Notes: generated by a model from the sequence alone, not told the origin. Shown: positions 29,747 to 39,172, counted from the stretch's first letter. The stretch is DNA of 64,000 nt from Candidatus Iainarchaeum sp. (GCA_026413945.1 JAOAJX010000004.1:1-64000); one strand, 5' to 3'. Program-made: numbers and translations.

Positions 29747-32620
29747 CTATTCGATATATATTGCTGGCTTGAATGGCATTGCGTCTTTTGCTTTGCTTTT
29801 AGGATCATATTCTACCTTATCTTCAAGTTGCACAATAACATCACATTCAAAAAGCCCTGAAAGGAAGTCCTTTGATGCAGCAAGTATTTTCATTTCATCT
29901 ACAGGCACCATTTCCCTAAGCTCGCTCCACTTTGCTAAGAGCTTTTTTATAATGTTTACAGCATATTGCCCTTTTGCTTTTATTGATTCGTCACTCATAG
30001 CAATCCTTATAGCACTACTTTGGTCCGGTATTTGGAGTTTTTCCTTGAGAAGGCCAAATAAGTTTCTTTTCCACTCACTGCAAACATAGATATAAATCTT
30101 TTTTGGCTTATCAATCTTTGCAAGCTTTTTTATTTCATTCAAATCATCAACAATGTTGGCAACGATACTCTCTGCAGCGCTGATCTTTTGATCTGTCTTT
30201 AGCTTTTTTGGAATTCTTGCGAAGAATATTGAGCTCCTGTTGCCTAGCTTTTGCCAAAGCTCCTCTGCTAGGTGAGGCATAAATGGAGCGATACAAACAG
30301 CCCAATTGCTCAAAAAATAATACATAAGTTGCTTATTATACTTATTTTTTCTATGCTCATACCAGTTAAAATCCTTCAGAAGCTGGAAAGATATGCACTG
30401 TAGAGCTCTTCTGAACTCCATTTTTTCCATTGCCTGGACATATTCATTTATGCGCTCATTTATCCTATTGTAAAACCACTTTTCTGGAAGGTTCAGCCCC
30501 TTAATTTTACCCTTTTTGGCTTTTGACGCATTTCTGAAAAGCAACTCTACAAAAGAATTCAGTTTAGAGAAGCTCTTTTCAATCTCCCTTTGCTGCCAAT
30601 TTAGTTCTTCCCATGGTTCAACGATATTCATTAGGAAAAACCTGACGAAGTCGGCACCTATGGAGTCACATAAGTCATTTATAAGAACAACGTTGCCTTT
30701 GGATGATGACATTTTTTTACCTTCAAGAACAACCATGCCTAGGTTAAGTGTTCCTTTTTGTCTTTTATTTGGTGGGAAAATCGCAGTGTGTTGGAAAATG
30801 GAAAAAGACATGTGATTTGGTATTAGCTCAATAGCACTCACATTATACGCCAAAGGATACCAATATTTGAATGAGTCATGCATTTCCTTGAGAACACTCT
30901 TTTTAATCCCATATTTTTTTGAGATCTCAGCTATTCTTCCCTTACCAAGAAAGATGTAATCAAATACTTCTGGCTCAAGCTTTTCTGCGGGCACCTGTTT
31001 TATTATGTTTGCAATAGTAAAATAAGCCATATAAATTGTTGAGTCTGCAAGCGGCTCTAGTATTAACTCTTTTTGGAATGGAAAGTTTGTTCCGAGCCCC
31101 TTAGATCTTGTACACGGTTTGTCATCAAGCCACTCGAAGACCTTCTCATAATTTATCTTGAAAAGTGCTGGCACTATTTGCATTCCTGACAAGGTTTTCT
31201 TTGATTCCTCCTTCCACCTTTCATCAGAATATTTCACAAACCATTGATCTTCTAAAACGCGCACCACACACTGAGAACCACACCTGCACACAACCTTCCC
31301 TTCAAGCTCATAAAAAATAGCTGCTTGGTTTTTTTCTATGAGCTCTTTTTTAACTAGCTCTTTCGCCTTATTTACTTGCATACCCGCATATTTGTTACAA
31401 TTGCTGTTCATGATTCCTTTGTGGAATCCGAGCTTGTAAACAGTTTTTTTTGCTTCTTCGAGTTTTTCAGCATCAGATTGGCTTTTTATTCCCAAATCAT
31501 TGCAAATCTTCACCGCTGATAGATTTCCATAGCCTTCAAGCTCTATTATTGGAATTGGCTTTATTGAAGTAAGCAAATCGTAATTTAGACCAAAGCTTTC
31601 AGCCAAAGCTTGGTTTTGCTGCAATTCTCTTAGAGCGATGTAATCTATTGGTGCATCACTCGGTACTGATGTTACAATGCCTGTGCCTGTTGCAGGATCA
31701 CAAAAGTCTGCTGGGAGAACAATAATGTTCCTTTCAATACCGGGTGCAAGCACCTGCCTGCCAACAAGCTCAGAGCCATTTAAAGTACCAACTTTCTCTA
31801 TATCCTTAACTTGTTCTTTGTACTTGTCGAAAAACTCTTTGCTTGCAATCCATTGCTCAGCCCCTACTTTTACCTTCGCATATTCAATATCTGGCCTAAC
31901 CCAAAGATTTGTTTGGCCAAAAACTGTTTCTGGTCGAAGAGTTGCAGCAATCAAATAAGTATTCTCATCGAGCTTGAACTTAAGCAAAGTATATTCCTGT
32001 ATGCCGAGGCCTTCGCCTTCGCTAAGGTCATGATCACCAACAGGATTCTTGCACTGTGGACAATATCGCACAGGATAAGCCTTCTTTATAATATATCCTT
32101 TTGATGCAAGTGTCTTGTATTGCCATTCTATAAAGCGCTTATATTGAGGATCTATCGTTTTAAGCTCACGCCTCCAATCAATGCCAAGGCCTAATTTCTT
32201 AAAACCTGCTTTATATCCATATTTTGCTTTGTTTATCATATAATCAACGAAGCTTTCTGGGCTTTCCGTAAGATATTTGAAATCTTCTTTTGGAATCCTT
32301 GCATTCTCATGGAATATTTTTATTGTTTTTTCATTTCCTTTTTGCAATGCTTCCACTGCAGCAATGACAGGAGTGCCTGAGACGTGCCATCCCATAGGCA
32401 TTAGCACATTAAATCCAGTAAGCATCTTGTACTTTGCGGCTACGTCCGTTGCGGTATATGTGCGTGCATGTCCTATATGCATAGCACCACTAGGATACGG
32501 ATAAGCTACTTGAATGTAAAAAGGCCTTTTTCCCTTTTTTATCTCTGGCTCAAAAACCTTATTTGAAGACCAAAATTTTTGCCATTTTTGCTCGATTCTT
32601 TTAAAATCCAAAAAGATCAC
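29747..32620 (-). CDS. leuS: Leucine--tRNA ligase (archaeal type)
   Basis: YPYPSGAMHIGH, ATLRPET, TGIVTSVPSDAP, KMSSSKGN, terminal PFKPAIYIE. Confidence 0.96.
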   Translation of the reverse strand: MIFLDFKRIEQKWQKFWSSNKVFEPEIKKGKRPFYIQVAYPYPSGAMHIGHARTYTATDVAAKYKMLTGFNVLMPMGWHVSGTPVIAAVEALQKGNEKTIKIFHENARIPKEDFKYLTESPESFVDYMINKAKYGYKAGFKKLGLGIDWRRELKTIDPQYKRFIEWQYKTLASKGYIIKKAYPVRYCPQCKNPVGDHDLSEGEGLGIQEYTLLKFKLDENTYLIAATLRPETVFGQTNLWVRPDIEYAKVKVGAEQWIASKEFFDKYKEQVKDIEKVGTLNGSELVGRQVLAPGIERNIIVLPADFCDPATGTGIVTSVPSDAPIDYIALRELQQNQALAESFGLNYDLLTSIKPIPIIELEGYGNLSAVKICNDLGIKSQSDAEKLEEAKKTVYKLGFHKGIMNSNCNKYAGMQVNKAKELVKKELIEKNQAAIFYELEGKVVCRCGSQCVVRVLEDQWFVKYSDERWKEESKKTLSGMQIVPALFKINYEKVFEWLDDKPCTRSKGLGTNFPFQKELILEPLADSTIYMAYFTIANIIKQVPAEKLEPEVFDYIFLGKGRIAEISKKYGIKKSVLKEMHDSFKYWYPLAYNVSAIELIPNHMSFSIFQHTAIFPPNKRQKGTLNLGMVVLEGKKMSSSKGNVVLINDLCDSIGADFVRFFLMNIVEPWEELNWQQREIEKSFSKLNSFVELLFRNASKAKKGKIKGLNLPEKWFYNRINERINEYVQAMEKMEFRRALQCISFQLLKDFNWYEHRKNKYNKQLMYYFLSNWAVCIAPFMPHLAEELWQKLGNRSSIFFARIPKKLKTDQKISAAESIVANIVDDLNEIKKLAKIDKPKKIYIYVCSEWKRNLFGLLKEKLQIPDQSSAIRIAMSDESIKAKGQYAVNIIKKLLAKWSELREMVPVDEMKILAASKDFLSGLFECDVIVQLEDKVEYDPKSKAKDAMPFKPAIYIE

Positions 32621-35295
32621 CTGTTTGTAGAAAAGTAAGCCCTTATCTTTTCACCGTCTGCTGTACCAATCGCCATACGGTCATTTCCACCGCCTTTGCC
32701 GTTCAATGTTGCCAATACTTCCTTAAGCAACTCTGTTGCTTTTTTGTTTGATTTCTCACCGCAAAAAACAACGATGTCTTTGCCTGAGCCAAGAACAAGC
32801 GCAATATCAGGTCTCTTTGACATAACATAATTGCCTATCTCAATAAGTGTTTTCTTTTCTGTATCATCAATAAAAAGCTTAACAATAGGGCCTTTTTCTG
32901 AAATCAAAGACCTGCCAATTATAGAAGCGCTTCTCTCTGTCATCAAATCAACCTTTTTCCTAAGCTGCTTCCACTCAGAGAAAAACCTTTCAACTGCTTT
33001 TGGAAGCTCATGTGGTTGTACAGATATCTTGGCTGCGGCTTCCTCAAGTATTGCTTCTTTTTCTTGAACAGTCTTTAGGGCTTCGGGACCACAAACAAAT
33101 GTAAGGCGCTCTATGCCGTCTTGAACACTTTCGCGCTTTATTATCTTAAAGAATCCGATCTCTGAAGTTCTCAATGCATGTGTGCCCCCACATGCCTCAA
33201 CATCAACGCCGGGTATTTCTACAATCCTAAGCTCTTTACCAGGGACATAACCACCTTGGTAAAGCGTAAAGCCATATTTTTGCTCTGCCTTGTTTCTTGC
33301 CATGAAAAATGTTCTAACAGGAATGTTAGCAAGCACGAGTGCATTTACCATCTTCTCTAACTCTTTTATTTGCTCTTTAGTAATGCGTTTGTAGTGAGTC
33401 ACATCTAAATGCGCTTTATCCACATCTTTTTGTGCACCTGCTTGCCAAATGTGCATTCCTAGAAGCTTTTTACAGCATGCATTTAAAAGGTGGGTTGCTG
33501 TGTGGTGTCTCATAAGCTGCTTACGTCTTTCCATATCAATTGTAGCAGAAACAATATTTCCTATCCTAAACTTTTCTGGTTCTGAAACAGTATGTAGAGT
33601 TATTCCATTAATCTTCTCAACGCACACGACAGGCACTCCGCTTATTTTGCCCAAATCATGTGCTTGTCCACCTGAAGTGCCATAAAAAGCAGTCTGATCC
33701 AAAATGAGTTTGTTACCTTCTTTTCCGATAACTTTTGCTTTAAAGTTACTAAGCATTGGTTCTTTATAATATAGTTCTTTTGTCTTAGGATACTCTCTAG
33801 AAAGCGCTGTTTTTTGTTCGCTTGAAATTGCTTTTTCGTTTTTCTTGGCAATAAGATAATAGAAGTTTTCTGGAATCTCTATCTTCAGACCCTTCTTTGA
33901 GGCTTCTCTTTCAATTAGTTCTGGTGCAATGCCATTGCTTTCATATAGCTTTATCAGTTCTTTTTCAGTAATTATGTCACCCTTAGCGGCCTTATCAACA
34001 ATGTTGGCAATTATTTGCCCTGCCTTTGCGCGCAGCTCCTTATTTTTTTGTTCTTCCTCTGAAATTATTTCAACAACTGAACTGACACCTGCGCTCAATA
34101 AAGGATCAAGGCTTTTTAAAGCTATTGCATGTTTTTCCAAAAGACCTGGAACATCTAGCTTAAGATCATACTCTTCGTTGAATGAAAAAACACGTCTCAA
34201 CAAAATCCTTAGGTTATAGCCTCCACCCGAATTACTTGGAAGCATTCCATCAGTAATTGCATATAATAGTGCCTTAAGATGGTCAGCACAGGCATATAAC
34301 GCTTGCACAGGCCTGATTGATTCGTCAAAATCTTTTTCTTCAAGCCCTATGCTCTTAAGTATCTGAGATCTTTTTTCCCTCAGATTACCCTCTTCTATAT
34401 TTAGCGCACCGCCAAGCTTAGCATATAGAGCAAACTTCCTTGAGTCATATCTCAAGCCAGAGTCAGAAAACATCTTTTTTAGAACATCTTTGAAGACAAC
34501 ATCATAACTTGTTGGTGTTCCGTTTGTGTACCATGCCAGTCGCTCAAGGCCTGCGCCCATATCTATTACTTTTGTTTTAAGCTCTTCATAACCAGCGTTA
34601 GTCTCTCTAAATTGCATGAATACGCAATTACCAAGCTCAACTCCATTAGCAAGATATTCCATGCTTGGGCCGAAAGTGCCTCCACCTGCCCAAACATCCT
34701 CCATGAAAACAAGCTCCTGTTTTGGTACGCCTATAACCTTTGTAAGATAATTAAAGTCATGTTCCAAAGCTTCATTTTTCCAATAGAAAAGGCCTGTTTT
34801 TTTGGAATTAAAAGCGTGTTGCCCAAACATTATAAAGGCTGAATAATGTTGACCTGTTGCACCAACATTCTGAAGATCATTGAAACGCAAGCATGGTTGT
34901 GGTACAACTAAGGGATTTGCCGGCGGCTCAAGTTCACCACTAACAACATATGGCTGAAAATCAATTATTGAGGCATTAGTAAAATACAAATCATCTCGCC
35001 ATCGAGCAACCACGGGATAACGAGCAATGCTTTTATGACCATGTCTTACAAAGTAGCGTTCTATTGCACGCCATGTTTCGACATAACTATAACCTTTTGT
35101 TTTTTTTCCAATGAAGCCAAAACTTGAACAACTCGAATCAGCACATGATTTTCTCTCAGGGTTCAAACTCCAAAAAAATCGCCCGCATTTTTCACATTTT
35201 AGTCTAACGAAGCCCATCTCCTTGAGAAAAGGCACTTTGTAATGCTTTTCCCATTCTTTAGAAAATTGCTCGCGTAATTCTTTTTTATCAGCCAT
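32617..35295 (-). CDS. alaS: Alanine--tRNA ligase (archaeal type)
   Basis: RYPVVARWRDDL, DMGAGLER, HHTATH editing motif, EACGGTH, DHHA1 GKGGG. Confidence 0.96.
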   Translation of the reverse strand: MADKKELREQFSKEWEKHYKVPFLKEMGFVRLKCEKCGRFFWSLNPERKSCADSSCSSFGFIGKKTKGYSYVETWRAIERYFVRHGHKSIARYPVVARWRDDLYFTNASIIDFQPYVVSGELEPPANPLVVPQPCLRFNDLQNVGATGQHYSAFIMFGQHAFNSKKTGLFYWKNEALEHDFNYLTKVIGVPKQELVFMEDVWAGGGTFGPSMEYLANGVELGNCVFMQFRETNAGYEELKTKVIDMGAGLERLAWYTNGTPTSYDVVFKDVLKKMFSDSGLRYDSRKFALYAKLGGALNIEEGNLREKRSQILKSIGLEEKDFDESIRPVQALYACADHLKALLYAITDGMLPSNSGGGYNLRILLRRVFSFNEEYDLKLDVPGLLEKHAIALKSLDPLLSAGVSSVVEIISEEEQKNKELRAKAGQIIANIVDKAAKGDIITEKELIKLYESNGIAPELIEREASKKGLKIEIPENFYYLIAKKNEKAISSEQKTALSREYPKTKELYYKEPMLSNFKAKVIGKEGNKLILDQTAFYGTSGGQAHDLGKISGVPVVCVEKINGITLHTVSEPEKFRIGNIVSATIDMERRKQLMRHHTATHLLNACCKKLLGMHIWQAGAQKDVDKAHLDVTHYKRITKEQIKELEKMVNALVLANIPVRTFFMARNKAEQKYGFTLYQGGYVPGKELRIVEIPGVDVEACGGTHALRTSEIGFFKIIKRESVQDGIERLTFVCGPEALKTVQEKEAILEEAAAKISVQPHELPKAVERFFSEWKQLRKKVDLMTERSASIIGRSLISEKGPIVKLFIDDTEKKTLIEIGNYVMSKRPDIALVLGSGKDIVVFCGEKSNKKATELLKEVLATLNGKGGGNDRMAIGTADGEKIRAYFSTNR

Positions 35296-35357
35296 AATTA
35301 GGAATATTTACCTGCAAAATAATAAAATACTTTTTCAGAACTGCTTTTTTAATCTTT

Positions 35358-35365
35358 GTTAAAGT
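35358..35365. repeat. Left 8-bp target-site duplication GTTAAAGT
   Basis: Identical to 39173-39180; both abut the TIRs. Confidence 0.9.
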
Positions 35366-35386
35366 GGTTCTGTTAACTTAATGTTG
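35366..35386 (+). repeat. Terminal inverted repeat GGTTCTGTTAACTTAATGTTG
   Basis: Exact reverse complement of 39152-39172. Confidence 0.92.
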
Positions 35387-35426
35387 ATGAATTAAACATT
35401 AAAATTTTCATTTTATTACCCCCAAT

Positions 35427-35651
35427 TTAGTCAGAATTAACAGCTTGGAATTTGGTTGCTTTTTGTATCATACATTTCCAATTCTCAACTTCGATATCCA
35501 CTCCAGAGATTTTAGCTGGAGTATTACCATTAAGACTTTGATGAGGTCTTAAGAAGTTATAAAAGACAAACCAACCATCAAGAAATGTTTGGGCTGTTTC
35601 TTGTTTTTTCAATCCTCGCATCGGTTTAAGCCTGTCCTTAAGTGTTCCATG
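35427..35651 (-). pseudogene. DDE transposase C-terminal remnant (IS6-like)
   Basis: HGTLKDRLKPMRGLK..FLDGWFVFYNFLRPHQSLNGNTPA; frame closed by a stop just upstream; ends 40 bp from the TIR. Confidence 0.78.
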
Positions 35652-35801
35652 AAACGAATACTAGTAAGCCTTCCAGATGGGGCATGGAAATTTATCGAGA
35701 AAAAACTAAAGGGCAAACTCGGTGACAAAGAGTCAGAATTAGTTAGAAACATCGTTATCGCTTACTTGTCTGAAAAAGGCTATTTTGAAGATGAGAAATA
35801 G
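35649..35801 (+). CDS. Small ribbon-helix-helix (CopG-like) DNA-binding protein
   Basis: MKRILVSLP beta strand then ..ESELVRNIVIAYL helices; 50 aa. Confidence 0.6.
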   Translation: MKRILVSLPDGAWKFIEKKLKGKLGDKESELVRNIVIAYLSEKGYFEDEK

Positions 35802-35802
35802 C

Positions 35803-35979
35803 ATGGTTGACAAAGAGATCAAAGAGGTAAAAGAAGATATAGAAACTCTTGAGAACATGTTCTCTGCCTTAGTACACATTCTAGAAAAAAAGAAAATACT
35901 TTCTGATAAGGAACTTGACGAACAAATAAAGAGAAGAATTGATAAAGATAAGAAATTAAAGAAATTTGAAGATCTTTGA
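35803..35979 (+). CDS. Small charged coiled-coil hypothetical protein
   Basis: MVDKEIKEVKEDIETLENMF..; follows RHH stop; its own stop abuts the attC-like site (track ORF starts 35785). Confidence 0.55.
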   Translation: MVDKEIKEVKEDIETLENMFSALVHILEKKKILSDKELDEQIKRRIDKDKKLKKFEDL

Positions 35980-36120
35980 TTAACTAATTAGTTCTGAGAA
36001 GTTTGCGAAGCAAATTTCCCCCGAGCCCAATATTTCATGATTAAATTATATATTGGCGAGGGGCGACTGAACGAGCTCTGTAAGAAGCGAGTGAAGGAGT
36101 CAGAACGAGTGTTAGTAGAC
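35978..36120. other. attC-like structured recombination site
   Basis: TAAC(35981-84)-N6-GTTCTGA(35991-97)...TCAGAAC(36100-06)-N4-GTTA(36111-14); internal hairpins TTTGCGAAGCAAA and CCAATAT/ATATTGG. Confidence 0.6.
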
Positions 36121-36353
36121 CGAGTGAGATTGAAGCGTTTAGCAGAATGTCTGAGCGAGGCAAGGAGCTTCGAAGAAGCGACGAAGCGTTGCTGGCGATC
36201 ATTTGGGGCGCCGTGGTTTGCTCCAGTTCAATATAGAAGCAAATCTCGTTTAACCATAGTTCAACGAAATAGCCAGCCTCGCCTTTTATAGAGACTAAAT
36301 GAAAGCCACCTCTCACTAAAAAGTTAATAAATATTATTAGATTATCTTAACAT

Positions 36354-38153
36354 ATGAAAAAAGCATTTGTCTGGGATCCTGTGATGAGATCTTCAGCAAT
36401 AAAATACGATCCTTGTATATTATTAAATGGAAAAATATGTAAAACTAAATGTGATAATTGCAAAATTACTCTTATCGCAGATAGGTTTTTAGGTAAAGAA
36501 TTCCAGCAAGAGATACTTGGAAAAATTGGTGGGAGCAAAGGAAGATACCCGTATGTTATTATCGCCGATAGTTTAGGTTGTAATCTGCATTGTTGGTTCT
36601 GTTACGCATATAAATTTCTTACAAAAGAAAGTGCAGAAGCAAATAAATGCGACATAGCTTATGTTTCTCCTAAAGAACTTGCAGAACAATTTGGTTGCAA
36701 AATCAGAAAATTAGCAGACTTTCAAGAATTACTCAGAGTTGTTGAATCAAAGAATCTCAACGAACAGGTAAAAAAAGCGGCAATTAAACATTTACAGATG
36801 AAATTACCTTTAATGAGGATCAGATTATCGGGTGGTGAACCAACATTCTCAACTAAAGATACATTGTTTGAACCTCAAGATGAAAATCTAATCAAATCTA
36901 CAGTTATGTATTGGCTCTCTTTTTTTAAAGAATTGGATAAAATTATTGGTCTTTTAAAAAAAGATGGAAAATTAAATATTGCCAATAAAATGGATGTTAA
37001 AAATAAAGAGTGGAAAGGAGATTTACCGTTTCCTACATGTCTTGGAGAAAGAGAAGGAAGATTGAATATAAGATACGACACAAATGGTATCATATTTGGC
37101 AACAAAGAAATTACCAAGATGTTTATCGGTGGACTTTTTAAATTATTCAAACAAAATAAGCTAAATCATATATTCATAGAATTTGATTATTCTTTTAAAG
37201 GTGCGACACCTGTTGAATACGAATGGTCTCAAAGGAGAGGTTTACCAGTTGACGCTTCAAAAATCTCTTTTGATTATAAATTAAAAGAACACCCACAAAT
37301 TCCTGGTTATCTAAATATAATCAAAACTATTACTGAGCATTGCAAAAAAGATGTAGAGTTTAATAATTGTGCGGGTATTACTGTAGAAAGAGGTATAAAC
37401 CACAACAAAAGTTTTAAAACATACCTGAATTGCAAAGAATCACTTAATTGGGAAAATTTTTCTAAAAAAAGTAGAATTCGATTCTCAGTCGTAGATAATC
37501 CGATAGAAATGTTTAATTGGAGAAATTATACGCCTAAAAGCTGTTTTATTAAGAACGGTGCGAGCATCAAGGTAATATCAGGAGAAGCAGAATTTGATTT
37601 GAAAAATTGTCCGGATATGAACAAATTTTCTGAATTTGTCCAGAACCATCCAAATTGTTACTTTGTAATATACCCAGTTGAGACCAAAGTTAATCTTCAA
37701 AAAATTACAAAAATAGGAAAAATAAAACTTGATTCTTCCCAAACGACATTAATAGACATGCAGTTTTCTGGTTGGGTCTTTTCTGGTACTAAAGAAAATT
37801 GGAAAATTGCATTGGAAAAAAGAAAGTGGGGTGTTAAGGAAAAAAACCGTTCTCTTTGGCAAAAAATAAAACCTGGGGATATTGTATTATTTTATGTTAC
37901 TACCCCTATAAGTCGAATTATGGGTTTTGGAAAAGTTAAAGAAACTTCTGAAGAAAATTCCCTTTTGTGGCCAGATGAAATAAAAGAGAATAATCTAAAA
38001 TATCCACTAAGAATAATTTTTGAAGAGATGAAATGTATTGAAGATTGGGAAAATGGTGTAAAACCTTTTGGTTTAGAAATAAAACACGGCATAAATCAAG
38101 TTAACAATTATAAAACATTCGAAAAAATAGTCAATACTTTTAGAAATGAATAA
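36354..38153 (+). CDS. Radical SAM protein fused to a C-terminal EVE domain
   Basis: ADSLGCNLHCWFCY, RLSGGEPT, YDTNG; C-terminus ENWKIA..WG..IKPGDIVLFY..GFGKV..WPDE..YPLRI. Confidence 0.82.
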   Translation: MKKAFVWDPVMRSSAIKYDPCILLNGKICKTKCDNCKITLIADRFLGKEFQQEILGKIGGSKGRYPYVIIADSLGCNLHCWFCYAYKFLTKESAEANKCDIAYVSPKELAEQFGCKIRKLADFQELLRVVESKNLNEQVKKAAIKHLQMKLPLMRIRLSGGEPTFSTKDTLFEPQDENLIKSTVMYWLSFFKELDKIIGLLKKDGKLNIANKMDVKNKEWKGDLPFPTCLGEREGRLNIRYDTNGIIFGNKEITKMFIGGLFKLFKQNKLNHIFIEFDYSFKGATPVEYEWSQRRGLPVDASKISFDYKLKEHPQIPGYLNIIKTITEHCKKDVEFNNCAGITVERGINHNKSFKTYLNCKESLNWENFSKKSRIRFSVVDNPIEMFNWRNYTPKSCFIKNGASIKVISGEAEFDLKNCPDMNKFSEFVQNHPNCYFVIYPVETKVNLQKITKIGKIKLDSSQTTLIDMQFSGWVFSGTKENWKIALEKRKWGVKEKNRSLWQKIKPGDIVLFYVTTPISRIMGFGKVKETSEENSLLWPDEIKENNLKYPLRIIFEEMKCIEDWENGVKPFGLEIKHGINQVNNYKTFEKIVNTFRNE

Positions 38154-38159
38154 ACTCAT

Positions 38160-38299
38160 GGCGGCGGCTTCAATATAAATTAAATATAGCCAGCAATGTC
38201 TACTAACAACTATTAAGTGAAATAAATATTCGCTTTATAGTATGAAGAAGTATAAAAAGCGAGATTTTATATAGTCCGTCTCAATAATGTCTCAATAAT
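38160..38299. other. Cassette right boundary / attI-like and integrase promoter region
   Basis: GTCTACTAACA (38198-38208) is the reverse complement of 36110-36120; IR TCGCTTT..AAAGCGA at 38230-38262; tandem GTCTCAATAAT x2 at 38278-38299. Confidence 0.5.
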
Positions 38300-38305
38300 A
38301 AATTT

Positions 38306-39115
38306 ATGACGAACGAGAGCAAGATTTATTCTCCAGAAGAGAGGTATAAACTGATTGGCAAGCTGATTGAAGAAATAAAACTCAGAAGATATTCTTTTCA
38401 AACTGGAAAATCTTATATCTCTATTGCAAAAGACTTTCTGGCGTCAGGAAAGATACCAAGAGAATTTTTGCTGTCTTATACAAACAAAAGCAAATCTGCA
38501 ATGAGGTTTGCCTATTTTGCTTTGAAGTTCTTTCACGAGAATATTCTGAATGCTAAATTCGGGGAAAAGTTGCCGCTTGCCAGAAAATCCATGAAATTGC
38601 CGTTAGTTTTAAGCAAAGAGGAGGTAATCAAAATGATTAACGCCACAAATAATTTGAAGCATAAGCTTGTTATTATGTTTCTCTATTATGCTGGCTTGCG
38701 TCTGAATGAGGTAAGAAATCTCAAATGGGAAGAAATTGATTTTGGCAGAGAGATAATACACTTAAAAACTGCAAAAGGAGATAAGGAACGAATAGTATTT
38801 CTTAATAAAAAACTGACTTATATGCTGAAAATGTATGGAATTAATGAAGAAGGCTTGATTTTTGTTTCTCAAAAATTGGGAAAATACAACAAGAGGACAA
38901 TCCAGCAAATTGTCAAATCCTCTTCCAAGAAAGCAGAGATAAAGAAGAAAATTACACCACATACGCTGCGGCACAGCTTTGCGAATCATCTATTAGAATC
39001 TGGCGCCGATATTCGATACATTCAACATCTTTTAGGCCATAAAGATTTGAAAACAACGCAAATCTACACTCACGTTGCGAATAAGGACATAAAGAAACTT
39101 GCAAATCTGCTTTAG
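38306..39115 (+). CDS. Tyrosine recombinase/integrase with short SAM-like N-terminal domain
   Basis: GLRLNE (R), KGDKER (K), HTLRHSFA (HxxR), LLGH, TQIY; N-terminal LRRYS.QT.KSY. Confidence 0.92.
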   Translation: MTNESKIYSPEERYKLIGKLIEEIKLRRYSFQTGKSYISIAKDFLASGKIPREFLLSYTNKSKSAMRFAYFALKFFHENILNAKFGEKLPLARKSMKLPLVLSKEEVIKMINATNNLKHKLVIMFLYYAGLRLNEVRNLKWEEIDFGREIIHLKTAKGDKERIVFLNKKLTYMLKMYGINEEGLIFVSQKLGKYNKRTIQQIVKSSSKKAEIKKKITPHTLRHSFANHLLESGADIRYIQHLLGHKDLKTTQIYTHVANKDIKKLANLL

Positions 39116-39151
39116 AATTTTAGAAAACATTTACTAAAAACAAATATTGAC

Positions 39152-39172
39152 CAACATTAAGTTAACAGAACC
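39152..39172 (-). repeat. Terminal inverted repeat (right)
   Basis: CAACATTAAGTTAACAGAACC, reverse complement of 35366-35386. Confidence 0.92.

Larger units (their letters stand above)
35366..39172. mobile_element. IS6-like non-autonomous transposon (3807 bp) carrying an integron-like module
   Basis: Perfect 21-bp TIRs, 8-bp TSD, transposase C-terminal remnant, tyrosine recombinase and cargo. Confidence 0.88.

Noticed and set aside
36037-36316. ORFs of 84 and 91 aa on both strands
   Set aside because: They overlie the GC-rich palindromic sites, have atypical composition and are probably incidental
38306-39115. Recombinase as chromosomal XerA or a tRNA-targeting proviral integrase
   Set aside because: It lies inside a TIR/TSD-bounded element, has a short N-terminal domain, and has no flanking tRNA fragment, viral genes or recognisable dif site
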